DNA of 63,915 nucleotides, the filler included, from Rhabdomonas costata (lineage: Eukaryota), in the NCBI GenBank assembly GCA_019059605.1. It is 48 parts of 48 records of this genome, joined end to end, with 100 filler letters (N's around TTAATTAATTAA, not from the genome) between each part and the next. Parts side by side here need not be neighbours in the genome. Positions count along the whole stretch, not along the records: positions 10,669 to 11,902 come from JAHMHO010022560.1; positions 12,003 to 13,236 come from JAHMHO010022561.1; positions 13,337 to 14,570 come from JAHMHO010022562.1; positions 14,671 to 15,904 come from JAHMHO010022563.1; positions 16,005 to 17,238 come from JAHMHO010022564.1; positions 17,339 to 18,572 come from JAHMHO010022565.1; positions 18,673 to 19,906 come from JAHMHO010022566.1; positions 20,007 to 21,241 come from JAHMHO010022567.1; 40 more parts are not named here. The stretch is one strand, 5' to 3'. The notes under the pieces were generated by a model, which saw only the letters and a list, made by a program, of their open reading frames with translations, was not told the DNA's origin and did no database searches. This document shows positions 11,283 to 22,803 of the stretch, piece after piece (position 1 is the first letter of the stretch; each line of letters opens with the position of its first letter). Both the position numbers and the translations under genes were made by a program.

Positions 11283-11900
11283 TCAATCCCAGGGCACAGT
11301 CACTCCCCTGCCATTAGGTAACACCGTGAAGCTCGGGTCGACAGATTGGGCGTATGACGTGCCAGGGTTCATATACGGGCGAGATTGCACCCCCTTGAAA
11401 ATCTCGTCCAGGCTGCTGCCGAAGTCCACGTACTGGTTCACCGGGGCCGCGGCCCACATGTGACTGAGTAGGGGTTTCGACAACGGCCCCCCGCTGACCA
11501 GAAACAGCGTACCCGGGCGAGCAGCACGGGCGAGTGCAGTCACATTGGCAATTAGGGCCTTTCTGACCTCCCCCCGGTACGCGCGGGGGGCATCGTCGGG
11601 CAAGGGGAGTGCGGCAAAGCCCGGGGGAAGAGCTGCCAACCCAGGGTGTGTGGTCGTGAACCGATTCACGGAGACATGATTGGCGATCAGGACGAGCCTT
11701 CGGGGGGGATTGCTGTTGAGGATTTCCGTCAGCAGGGCTTTTGTGAGGGGGTAGTTCTTGTTTACAAAAACGTTCGCGTAGGTGATGAACGCGCAGTGCT
11801 GCTCGGTACGTCTCAGAAACCACAACATTCCTTCCTCGTCATCCTTTGGGCTGGCAAAGCCATAGAAGTAGGGCTGTCCAAAGTGCCCGGTGAGGCTCCA
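11283..11900 (-). CDS. GT-D fold (DUF1792-like) glycosyltransferase domain protein, C-terminal exon
   Basis: Open frame of about 205 codons to the contig end. LFLVSGGPLSKPL...QYVDFGSSLD..KG..SRPY resembles the GT-D 'GP.AK.L ... D.G..D' motifs. Confidence 0.6.
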   Translation of the reverse strand, partial: WSLTGHFGQPYFYGFASPKDDEEGMLWFLRRTEQHCAFITYANVFVNKNYPLTKALLTEILNSNPPRRLVLIANHVSVNRFTTTHPGLAALPPGFAALPLPDDAPRAYRGEVRKALIANVTALARAARPGTLFLVSGGPLSKPLLSHMWAAAPVNQYVDFGSSLDEIFKGVQSRPYMNPGTSYAQSVDPSFTVLPNGRGVTVPWD

Positions 11901-12428
11901 AANNNNNNNNNNNNNNNNNNNNNNNNNNNNNNNNNNNNNNNNNNNNTTAATTAATTAANNNNNNNNNNNNNNNNNNNNNNNNNNNNNNNNNNNNNNNNNN
12001 NNTTTGTGGGGGGGCGCGTGTATCGGGCTCGCCGAAAAAATCGGCTTCAGCAGACTCGAGAGCAGATCTTAAAGGAGGTATGCAAAGACTGTTCAAAAAT
12101 AGAGCCCCCTCCCCCGAAAGGTGGAGCCCTGTCCGTCGGTCTTTCCAAAAGGGAAGATACATGAGAATAGGTTTTGTTGGTGTTAAAGAAATTCCAGCTC
12201 GCAGTTCCTAGCATGGCTTCTTCTCCAATGCAACGTTGTGGGGTCCGAAATTACTCCATTTAACTCCATTTAAAATCGAATCTCCGTTTAGTTACAAAGT
12301 CCGTGCCCGCTTCATTTCTATTTATTTTGAATCTAAACTGAATCTTAACTGAAAAACGAACACCGCCTACAAAGTTGAGGGGGCCCTATATAGAGGAATG
12401 GCGCCTCGGATGAGGTTCTGTTAAACAG

Positions 12429-12924
12429 GCACATGACTCTTGCGCTGCAAAATGGCTTGTTGACTCAAGGCACCAAGTGCGCTGTGGTAGACACATCCGA
12501 ATCTGCTTTTACCTCTCTCTTCAAATGCTTTTTTTCTGGCTTTCCCAATTGTCCCTGCTTCTTGACATGGTTTTTTTGTAGGAAGGCTTCGATGATGAAG
12601 CGCCTCCACTGAAGCTGGTCAGTCCGCCAAAGCAAAAGGGGACTGTCAAGAGCAGCAGAGCTGCTTGTGAAGCGCAGGTACTCCCAGGGATGGGGGGTAA
12701 ATGCTATGTATTTCGCTGTTGAGCTGGTAGAGTGCCTCTGATCTCTTCCGCCCAGTTCTGTACAAGAATTGAGGGAAATAAGAATTGCTGGTGGCACGAC
12801 TGGCACACCTTCCCAGTGGAGAAAGAAAACTCCAACAAAAAACCTCAAGACCACCTCGAGGACATCAACAGAGAGAAGCAATTCGGCCCACTCCTGGGCT
12901 CCAAGCACGCACAGCCATTGGCAG
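12429..12924 (+). CDS. Hypothetical protein, exons 12429-12476, 12582-12677, 12756-12924
   Basis: Three phase-0-compatible GT-AG-bounded exons give one open frame; no family recognised. Confidence 0.45.
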
Positions 12925-13879
12925 GTGTCACCTCATCTTCGTGCGGGCGAACCACGACGAACCATGATGAGCCATTTTAACCAACGAAAGGAAAAAGGTA
13001 AAGGCCGTAGTTGATGCCTCCCCACCCCTCCCGAAAAAGACACAAAAGGGCACAGCCTTGCCTTAGTCTTGCCAATTTACCTGCCATCCTATTTTTCTCG
13101 GACTGGTAACAGGGTTGGATTGAACTTGGTAATTGAATTTGTTGCTTGCTCTGTTTTGTTTTTGAAGCTGATGCACCATTCACTGAAGTCACTGAAGACT
13201 GACGGCGCAGTGACGGTTTAATAGACAAAAACACCCNNNNNNNNNNNNNNNNNNNNNNNNNNNNNNNNNNNNNNNNNNNNTTAATTAATTAANNNNNNNN
13301 NNNNNNNNNNNNNNNNNNNNNNNNNNNNNNNNNNNNTGTTTGTGGTTCCTTCCTTCTTGACCTTGGGGCAAAAAGAACTTTTCGGACAAAAAATCAAAAG
13401 ATTATTAACGCCAAGCTGAGCAAACAGAAAACCAGTCTTTTCCTTCGGGAGGGATTGATGAAAACCATGGCTATAACCAATGAGGTTTTTGTTCCTGCCC
13501 TTCAGGTGCTTCACCCACCTGTTGCCGCCGCTCCGGTGGGCACCTTGCGCAGATCGCCTGGCGTTGCGCTGAATGGGGCGTCTGATTTCTCGACGACACG
13601 CTTCTCAAGGGCACCCGCACAATCTCACCTTACCTCAGCTTCATCACAGCATTGTGCACAGTTTGTAGGAAAGGAAAGGATTTGCAGAAAAACCGAAACT
13701 GTCGCCAACAAAAAGAATCTTATTAAATTGTTCCTGTGCGGTGGTCACCACGCGGCGGAAAAAAACCGTGAGGCAGAAGCTGCTTGGAAAAGAGCAGGAA
13801 GGGGGATGCAGTTGTTGTGGTTTGTCTGTTTTTTTGAGGGCAACCCAGCACAGCTTTCACACGCCCTCCCCGCTCTCAA

Positions 13880-14330
13880 ACGGCACGGGCTTCGCTGAAC
13901 TGGACCAAGTCTCGAGTTTGGAGTGAGGCTTCTCTTTCCGTGTGAGTCTCTCGTTGATCGCTTGTCACACGTTCCCCTTTCGAGCGGAGTTGGGTTGCTA
14001 TTTCGGTCCACCCTCCCACTTTGAGGACGCAAACTCAAAGAAGGCTGCGAACACTTCTTAGACATTTGTTTCCTTCTCTTGCGTTCCTGTCTTGGTGCAT
14101 AGAAAATCACCTACCGAGCGCGCACCATCCCCTTTGCAGTCGGAGGTTGGGTTCTCCCTTGACCTCCTCCCAGTGGTCCCAGGCCTGCAAACCCCTATCT
14201 GTGGGCGGGCTCGGAATTATTGACCCCGTGGTGATGGGTCCCTCGCATTCCTTGCGAGCTCCCTCAACTTCGCCTATGACGCGGGCACTCTGTGCTGGAG
14301 TCGACCTCTCCGTTGCCCCGAGGGTTTTTC
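13880..14330 (+). mobile_element. Degenerate non-LTR retrotransposon (RT thumb region, CRE/R2-like)
   Basis: QWSQACKPLSVGGLGIIDP matches the 'W.QA.LP...GGLG' post-RT motif; surrounding frames are broken. Confidence 0.6.
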
Positions 14331-14452
14331 GGATGCAGCACAACACACCGACGCTCTGCTTATATGTTTTTTGAGCAGCAAATAAATGTACGTGATGTGA
14401 AAGTGGAAGGTCCAGCTGTGGCAGGTCCTCTCCACCAAAGAGATGGTGTTGC

Positions 14453-14565
14453 GGGCGATGAATGTCAGCATGAAGACGCAGCTGGAATCTTTTGAGCCTC
14501 ATGAACAATGCTTGGTATGGTGCAAAAAGATTCCAGCTGCGTCTTCATGCTGACATTCATCGCCC
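14453..14565. repeat. 41-bp perfect inverted repeat at contig end; probable fold-back artefact
   Basis: 14453-14493 is the reverse complement of 14525-14565. Confidence 0.9.
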
Positions 14566-15237
14566 CCAACNNNNNNNNNNNNNNNNNNNNNNNNNNNNNN
14601 NNNNNNNNNNNNNNTTAATTAATTAANNNNNNNNNNNNNNNNNNNNNNNNNNNNNNNNNNNNNNNNNNNNGTTTGTGGGGAAGGCACAGCCGGCCGGCAT
14701 GTGGTGCAGCGGATGGAGACCTGCGGGACGCGGGATGGCTTCCTGTTCCCACTGAAGGATTAGACGTCGCAGAGTTTGGTCCCTCCTCGTCGAGTTCACC
14801 GGATGGGCTGAAAGCCAGGCCATGGGGGAGGGACCGCCAAAGAACTCAACTGCTTCTTCGTTGAATCGGGAGGAAAGGTACGCGGACCTGTGCAGCCTCA
14901 GCGTCCGGGAGCTCTCAAATGATGCACGATTTTGCACGCGCCGAAACAGTATTTCAACACCATGCACGCCGAATCGATCGCGGAGCCGAGAGTTACCAGT
15001 CCCTTCGTCCCAACTGGAATACTTCGCTTGGGCTAAAAGTGTCCCAGCTGGTGGTGGGCCTGAGGATCAGCTGCAAACACAATTTCCAAGTTCAAGACTC
15101 GGGAAGGGAGTCTTGGCAAAAAATTCAATTGTGAACCCTGACTGGGGTGAACCGGATACATGCAGTTTTCGAATCTTTCACAGCGTTCATCAGCAATGTA
15201 ACCGAATACTTTGCCACCGTTGCGCACTTTTTTTCAG

Positions 15238-15793
15238 CATTGCTGTCGAGGCAGTTTGTTGAAATGAGTCGAATTCGAATTGAGGGTCTACTTTCGGCCT
15301 TTCCCAAACTGATGGGCAGTGGAAAGCAGTACACTTACTTCGAGACAGGTGTGAAAATTTAGTGAGGTGTTATGTTGCCATTTTGCCTGCTACTATTTCG
15401 TCCTTTTGCGGGCACATTGCTTTTTAGACACGGTGAGATATGTCTACCAGCCTATCGAGACGTTATTTTTGGTTCTTGTCACCAACCGCTCCAGCAACAT
15501 TGTTGAAGATCTGGAGACCTTGAGGCTTCTGGGACGCATCGTCCATGAGTACTGTCAAAGTCTTGAGGAGGACGCGGTGACGAAGAAGGCTTTCGAAATC
15601 CTATTCGCTTTCGACGAAGTGATTCACCTCGGTTATAGGTGTGTTGAGGAGAGCACTACCACGTACATGGCTGTTCGAGCATTTCCTCATTCGTTGTTGG
15701 TTTTTATCAAGGGAGAACCTTACCCTCGAGCAAGTCACCACATTTCTTGAGATGGACTCCCACGAAGAGAGGCTTGCACAGGCTATCAAGCAG
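15238..15793 (+). CDS. ARCN1: Coatomer subunit delta (delta-COP), exons 15238-15348, 15428-15638, 15712-15793
   Basis: [67 protein letters not shown], with two short phase-consistent GT-AG introns. Confidence 0.95.
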
Positions 15794-17338
15794 GTGAGTT
15801 ACTCATAACTCTCCTTTATATTTAGCGCTTGCTAAGGTATCGATGTACTGAAAATGAAATGCCTTTCGTCTGTAAAACACATTCTTTTGCGCACCCACCC
15901 ACCCNNNNNNNNNNNNNNNNNNNNNNNNNNNNNNNNNNNNNNNNNNNNTTAATTAATTAANNNNNNNNNNNNNNNNNNNNNNNNNNNNNNNNNNNNNNNN
16001 NNNNTGTGCGGCACTGCATCCAAGCATGCTACACGGGAGGCACTCTCGGGGATGTGCACAATCCCTCCGCTTGGTTTTTCTTCTCAGACTCCCCGCAGTG
16101 GACCAGCCGCCAAACTTCGGAGCTTGTTCTGCCTCCCAGAGATGATGACGAGGTGTCCTCCACTGGGCAGCCCTCTGAGTTCGTCAGCCTGGTTGACCAC
16201 AGGGGGCACGGCCCGGAGGTGCTGTGCTTGTCTTGTGTGTTGTGGTGGGGGGCGCTACTAGAGGAATTTTTTGGCTCCGGATAGTTGGGGGATTTGCACC
16301 ATTGTTCTGAGACATCACCTGGATTAATTTTCCCCGGCAGTGTGGCGGCGAAATATGGGAAGCTGTGGAGTGCATAAAAGGCGTTCACACTGCCACAGTG
16401 GAAAGATTCAAACTGCTAAATTGCACAGGAAGGTTAGGAAATACCTCTGGTAAGTAAGGGTGAGAGTAATCTCTGGTAAGTGAGGGTGGAAACTCGCTGA
16501 TGGGATGAAAGGCTAAAAAGAGTCAGTGAAGGTGCCATGAAAGTTTTGCGAGCGAAGGCGGTGGGAAACGTACCCCCCCCCCCCGATACCCCATCATGCT
16601 TAAATCAATGCTTGTAGAGGTAGTTGCCACAGTATCTAACCACTTGTCTTAAAAATGACATCGTTAAAAAGTGAACGGTTCGGTCGGTTAGCAGTGCTAA
16701 CGGTTATCCAATATCAAAATCCTCAAAAGCCAAGAACGTTTTGCAGTGCTCAACGAGAGAACCACAACTTTTTTTTTGGCGCCGTCATTTTTAGTGCACG
16801 GGTTCAGGAAAACATATCAACTGCCTCAAAATGCACACTATTTTTTATAGCACAATAGCACAATTCCCAACCCCTAGACAAACATCTTTAAGGGGAGTTA
16901 TTTAGGGGAGTTATAAAGTATACGACCACTTGGAAGTGCTAAACGTTAACGCACCCCCCCCCTCCTCCAATACAAGAGGCTCCCTTTGGGGGTAGTGTGA
17001 GTGAGTGCGTGTGTACACGCGCTGTTGTTTCCCTCAGGCAACTGTTCATTAAGCCTGCCATACCAGCTCCATTCCAATCCGATTCCGACGAATTCGGCTC
17101 GATTTCAAAAAGAAAGACCTCCCATTGCTTTGCATCTCCGTCCGTCCGTTAGCTTGTCAAACGCGACACGTCTGAACGTAATTTATGAAGGTGTTCCGAG
17201 CTCTTGCCCTCCCCTCTCTCCTCTCTCTCAACACACCCNNNNNNNNNNNNNNNNNNNNNNNNNNNNNNNNNNNNNNNNNNNNTTAATTAATTAANNNNNN
17301 NNNNNNNNNNNNNNNNNNNNNNNNNNNNNNNNNNNNNN

Positions 17339-17431
17339 TGTGGAATCTCGGGAGAAGGCCTCCGGGAAGGCCTGGAATGGATTTCTGAGACCGTTGGCCA
17401 CCCGGCCCGAGGTCAAGTTTTCCGAAGCTAA
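17339..17431 (+). CDS. ARF/ARL-family small GTPase, C-terminal end
   Basis: CGISGEGLREGLEWISETV...* matches the ARF 'CA.SGEGL.EGL.W' terminal motif. Not in the supplied ORF track. Confidence 0.7.
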   Translation, partial: CGISGEGLREGLEWISETVGHPARGQVFRS

Positions 17432-18672
17432 GAAGACCAGAGTGGAGTCACAAGCACCGCCTGTGCTCCGCCCCCATACACCCAACTGGCGTGGACTCGA
17501 CTTTCACCTTTTCGATTTTTTGGGTCATGATCTTCCTTTCGTTATTTATGCTTTCAGTTGCGATGTCTTCCCTTTTTCTTTTTGTGGTCCTCTCTGGGTG
17601 CTTCATATTTGAATTTGTTTGTTGTGTATATTACCTCGCAAACCCGTCGCAATGCCCCCCACAGCCTTTTCTTTCTCGCGAATTCTTTTGAAAGGGTGGC
17701 AATGACCCATAATAATCCAGTCCCGCCACGCCACGGTGTCCGTTGGTGGATTTTCGCTTTCCCGTTGCCTGGTTCTCTCGCCCTTTGGAAGCCACCAGGA
17801 ATTGTTATTGCGCGTCTGGCGTTGCACAGAGAGTTACCCGTGTGTTTGGAAGGAGTCCCGTTTTCCATTGATGTCTTTCAACAGGTCGGCCGTTTGTCTG
17901 AGGCATTGTTCGTTGTCTGTTTCCGATGGGTTTACTGAAGTGTGTTTCGAAGCTTGTGAACATGAAGTGCCATCAATCGGGCTTCATAATCTGGCTGTTT
18001 CACTCCGGGCCAACTATGTTCTGTCGAGTAAAATATTTATTGGTGTCCCAAAATATACGGATGAGCTAACCTCCAGCGCAAAATCCCTTAACCTAAAAAA
18101 GAAAGTAAGTGATGGGATCACCCGACGCTAATGCACTTGTTGCTTCGCGCTTCGAAAAGGACGCGCGCGAAAAGTGTCCGACAGGCTCCTCAAGCATCGC
18201 AGTCTTATACTTGGGTTTTTGTCAAGGCCGGGGCCTACGTATATATATCCCAATGCGGTGCTAGTGGAGGACGGATTGTCACTTGGACATGTGATGGAAC
18301 CAGCCGCCTCAGCACCGCCTCTGCCGCTTCCCAGCCCAACCTTGTACCTGATGCCAGGCTGTTCGGAGCACGGATCTTCGATACTCGCCTGCCGATATGC
18401 GCGCTTGTGGCGCAGCGGTTTGATTTCGGCTGTTTACCCACCTTACTTTGAGATCTCACAGAATGAAATTCCGGTTTACGGGTGGTGTGGACTGCCCAGA
18501 CTGGCTCCTGGTGGATGTGGCCATTCTATCCACACTGGTGTGCAGCGGTTGGTTGAGTACATCTCTGGCTGANNNNNNNNNNNNNNNNNNNNNNNNNNNN
18601 NNNNNNNNNNNNNNNNTTAATTAATTAANNNNNNNNNNNNNNNNNNNNNNNNNNNNNNNNNNNNNNNNNNNN

Positions 18673-19906
18673 GGTACGGTACGGGCTGACTGTACACCGT
18701 GGCGTTGATCAGGGCCTTCGTGCTGGTGTTCGCGGAGAGGATGCACCTGCGGGCACAATCGGAAGGGTACATGATGTCGGACTCGATGAGCGGATGCGCT
18801 TATTTAATGAGCCAGCTTGGCTTAGGTGTGCTTCGGTTTGGCTGTTGGAACAAACCCTTTCTTGGATCCAAAAGAACGGTCTCTTACCCCCACCCAGTTC
18901 TTCATTCTCCATCTCCCGAGACGTTCCGAGAAACGCAGCGAGAGTTCTATTGTGTTCTATTTCCACTGACTTCCCTCTTTTCCCCTTTTGTCACCCACTC
19001 TCTTTTCTCCTGAGGTCGTTGAAAAAAGGCAAACGTCCTCGTCGGTCGCCTCACATGGTCTTGGGTATGCAACAAGTAAACCCGGTCAGTACCTCACCTC
19101 GATTAAAAAAACAGTGTACCCGCGGTTCACAAGCCAAGTGCGTCCCGGCCCTGTGAGGCCGTAGGAGGCCGCCAGGTGCACCACGTCGTCGCAGGGGGTT
19201 GCCGTCAGCACCACCACCCTGGGGTTCTGCCGGCGCAGGACGTCCAGCGCAGTCCGCAGGTCCGCAAGCCGGGAGAAGGTCTGCGGAGAGTGAGGAGACG
19301 GCGAGCGGAGGACTTCACCTCCTCAGATCTCAGGAGTTTGGCGAAGGAGGTGTGTGGTCGAGGAAATTTCGATTTTTCTTTCAACTTTTGTCCAACCATT
19401 TTCTTAGCAGTTTCTTTAATAAATTCCCATTCTCACATGCTTCTCCTCTTCTTCGGAATCTGTCGATCGTGCTTCTCTTCAAGCTCCCGTGGCTACACCT
19501 CCTCACCCCTGGGGGTGTAAGTATACCCACTCCGCAATGTCCCGCTCCGCTCGGTACCACCCTTTGCCTCTGATCGGCGACCTTAGAGATCCCTATTTCA
19601 GGGGAGTTCCGCAGGCAGGATGCATGCAACGAAGTTGACCCCATGGCCCCGACTGACACCGACCCAACCGATCCCAAGAGACGTGGGACCTGGTGGACGC
19701 TGACGGAGACCCCAAGCATCACCGCTGTGGCGCGGAAGAACACGCTGAGGCGCAGGGGGTAGGGGTCCGCGGAGCTCAGGCTGGCCGCGGCCTTCCACCC
19801 GAACCACTGCACCAAAGTGGCCAGCAGGGCCCCCTCGCGGCGGGCGGTGTGACCCATGTACAGCACTGGGGGGCTGAAGTCGGACAGGTCCAACTCCACG
19901 CCGTAG
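18673..19906 (-). CDS. ANF-receptor / type-1 periplasmic-binding-fold domain protein; exons 19906-19690, 19280-19120, 18746-18673
   Basis: LVQWFGWKAAASLSSADPY..., LRRQNPRVVVL...AASYGLTGPGRTWL resemble 'FGW..V...S.D.Y ... RVIVL ... A...GL.G..YVW'. GT-AG introns are phase consistent. Confidence 0.65.
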
Positions 19907-20216
19907 NNNNNNNNNNNNNNNNNNNNNNNNNNNNNNNNNNNNNNNNNNNNTTAATTAATTAANNNNNNNNNNNNNNNNNNNNNNNNNNNNNNNNNNNNNN
20001 NNNNNNGGGTGTGTGGAAGAAAACAGCAGAAAAAGACTCCAAGAGCTTGCGGACCACCGAGGGGCATGATGTTCCTTGCATCGAGAGTATCTGTAGGGAT
20101 GAAGAACTTGGTGCTGGAAGTGGCCACAAAAATTATCCAAATCTGACGAAATCAATACCCACAAAGGGGGCAGCAGCAGGCGGCGGACAGTCACATAAAA
20201 CCGGAGAATGGCAGAC

Positions 20217-20918
20217 CTTCAGACATGACTAACCAGTGATGCAAGATCGGCGTGATGACGTCCTCCCAGTGCCGGAACCGATGCGTGCTGGTGGTTCTTA
20301 TCTCCGCGGCCCACCGCCTGCACGCCAGCACCAAAGTGTATCCACGAATGGCTGTCAGCAGCCAACAGAACCTCGGCACACAGGAAATTCTCCGTCGCCC
20401 AAGGTCACACTACTCGGGAACACTGCTATTAACGAAAGCAACCAAGAGTAGGCCTAACTTCACCAGAGCTGAGCAAAGCCAAGCGTCATCGCTTTCTCAG
20501 CTTTCTCAGCTCCTTCTTTTTAAAAATGGGGTGCGAGAATGCTGAAAAGTAGGGCGGCAACTGCACACGGAACTCTTGTGTCGCGATTGCAGAGGCCGAT
20601 AACTTCCACTGCCCCAGCTAAGGAGGAGCTAAGGAGGGGACGTGCACGCAATTTCAGGGGTCTTTTTTGGATGGAGTGTATGAGCCTCCCACAACTTTTC
20701 TCTTACACCTCTTTTGCATCCCCTACCTCCGTTCCAGCCCAAAAAACCAAGATGAAACTCAGGAAGGAATACCAGTGCATGTGCGGGAAGGCGTCCCTGT
20801 GGTAAACAAACGGGGCATGCTTCAGGAAGTACCCCGCCGTGGGGCCATACTCCCGCTCCACGACGTCCCACGTGTGCAGCGTGCACCCCTTCCAAATGTG
20901 CTTCTTGGGACTCCACTC
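20217..20918 (-). CDS. Stealth-family hexose-1-phosphate transferase (CR3 region); exons 20918-20773 and 20317-20217
   Basis: LKHAPFVYHRDAFPHMH|WRWAAEIRTTSTHRFRHWEDV fits Stealth CR3 'H.P ... T....FR...D'; phase-2 GT-AG intron. Confidence 0.75.
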
Positions 20919-21592
20919 CTGAGAAGGCAGAAATGCAACGGTCACTTACTCCGGCTGCGGCGGCTTAACACGTCGAAAAAAAAAGTCCAGCGCAAAAGCC
21001 GCCCAGAACGACATAAGAAGGCAGGCACATGCTCACGCAACCCCAACCCTGACTTGACTTCCCTGCCGTCGCCTGGATAATTTGCTAGAGCATATAAAAA
21101 ACACCACGGTCTTTCATTACCACAATTCAAAAAGAAGAGTGCGCTTCACTCGCGAAACGGGAAGCGGTGTTATCACAGTAGGAGGCAGCCCCAGTACCCC
21201 AAGAAAAAGAGGCATTCTGTTGGGCAAACAGGCATACCCTTNNNNNNNNNNNNNNNNNNNNNNNNNNNNNNNNNNNNNNNNNNNNTTAATTAATTAANNN
21301 NNNNNNNNNNNNNNNNNNNNNNNNNNNNNNNNNNNNNNNNNTGTGTGTTTGAGGTCCCGTGGTTAGTTTTTGTAGTATTATAGTTTCAGCTGTAACTCTC
21401 ACTTTTGACATGACCCGCACTATATCAATCGATCGGCGCTTTCGTTTTTTTGGTCTGATGATCGACTAGGAGTTCAAGACCTCTCTGCGCGTCATGAGTC
21501 TTTGAGCGTGAGTTGCTGTTGCTGCGGTTGGCGGTTACCAGGCCACAAAAACAAAGACCTGCAATGCTAGTGTGTGTGGGTGAGAAGCGGAC

Positions 21593-22412
21593 CTTGTTGA
21601 CCTCCAGCAGCTTCCACAGCAGCACCAGAACCTCCGCGTGGCAGCCCAGAAGCTTCTGCGACGAGGGCAGGTAGGTGTTGTCCGCCTTCAGGAGATTCCC
21701 CAGAAGAGTCACAAACCCTGTCCCCCGAACCACACACACACACATACATGCACACGCACATAGCTATGCCGCTAACCGCCAACCGCTAACCGCTAATTGC
21801 TACTCACTTTTGGGGTTGCACGGATGGCGAAAATAAAAAATCACAAAAAATCATAACACACTACAGCTGACTGACCAGAAGGGGATGACTGACATCAACT
21901 CAAGTAGCAAATGGAACCTTCAAACGCATGGGCGTTCAGGATGGGGCAAATGCGAAGCGATTTTGGCTTTTGTGGATCGCTGGAATAGTCCAGTCCTTGC
22001 TAGGCTTTGAAGGACAAGTGGACAGGATTGAGGCGGGGGGAGGGGGTGCCTTGAATTTCTAAAAGTAAGGTCCAAACTGAAAACCACCCACCGCACCACA
22101 CCCAATGTCCAAAGTACTCAGTCTTTGACAAATGAAGAACCAGTAAAACCGAATGGCACAGCGATGCGCACACCCGCAGACACAGGCACCCACACACAGA
22201 GATGCCCCACACGCCTTTGAAGCAGAAGTCGATGTCCGCGGCAGAGGTCAGGGACTGCAGCACCCCCCAGAACACGTTGTGCACGTGCGAGGGCGACGGC
22301 AGGGGGTCCGCAGCCCCACCGCCACTGCCATGGCCACTGCCCGTGCTGTTGGCCGATGTGGGGCTATTCCCACCACCCTCCACCGCAATGGGCTCCGTTG
22401 GGGCGCAGTAAC
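21593..22412 (-). CDS. HID1: HID1/Ecm30-family Golgi protein; exons 22412-22215 and 21717-21593
   Basis: NVFWGVLQSL...DIDFCFK|GFVTLLGNLL..NTYLPSSQK....EVLVLLWKLLEVNK is colinear with HID1 (TYLP.S.K....ELLVLFWKL...NK). Requires a GC-AG intron. Confidence 0.85.
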
Positions 22413-22764
22413 CTATTCGGTGAGTGCAAGTCTGTGTACGTGTGCCCTGAAGCAGCTATAAAAAAAAAGCTCAGTAGCAAAACACTTCATAGAAAAACCT
22501 CCCGGCATTCAAACGGAAATCAAAGTGTGTTTTCCGTAGGTGCAAAGTGCACTGGCTGTTGGCCAACCACCAAAANNNNNNNNNNNNNNNNNNNNNNNNN
22601 NNNNNNNNNNNNNNNNNNNTTAATTAATTAANNNNNNNNNNNNNNNNNNNNNNNNNNNNNNNNNNNNNNNNNNNNAACAGCAGCACCGTGAACGCGCCAA
22701 AAAACCAACAGGTGTGCAGAACAAGCAGCACAAGGACACGCCACAGCACACCGCGCCAAGGCGC

Positions 22765-22766
<2 letters not shown>

Positions 22767-22802
<36 letters not shown>
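22767..22802. repeat. (TG)n microsatellite; others include (GAGT)n/(GT)n at 24085-24132 and (GCA)n at 26744-26770
   Basis: Direct reading. Confidence 0.95.

Positions 22803-22803
<1 letters not shown>

Noticed and set aside
21770-21800. (GCTAACC)n, and TTAGG at 26-37, as telomeric repeats
   Set aside because: Too short, degenerate and internal.
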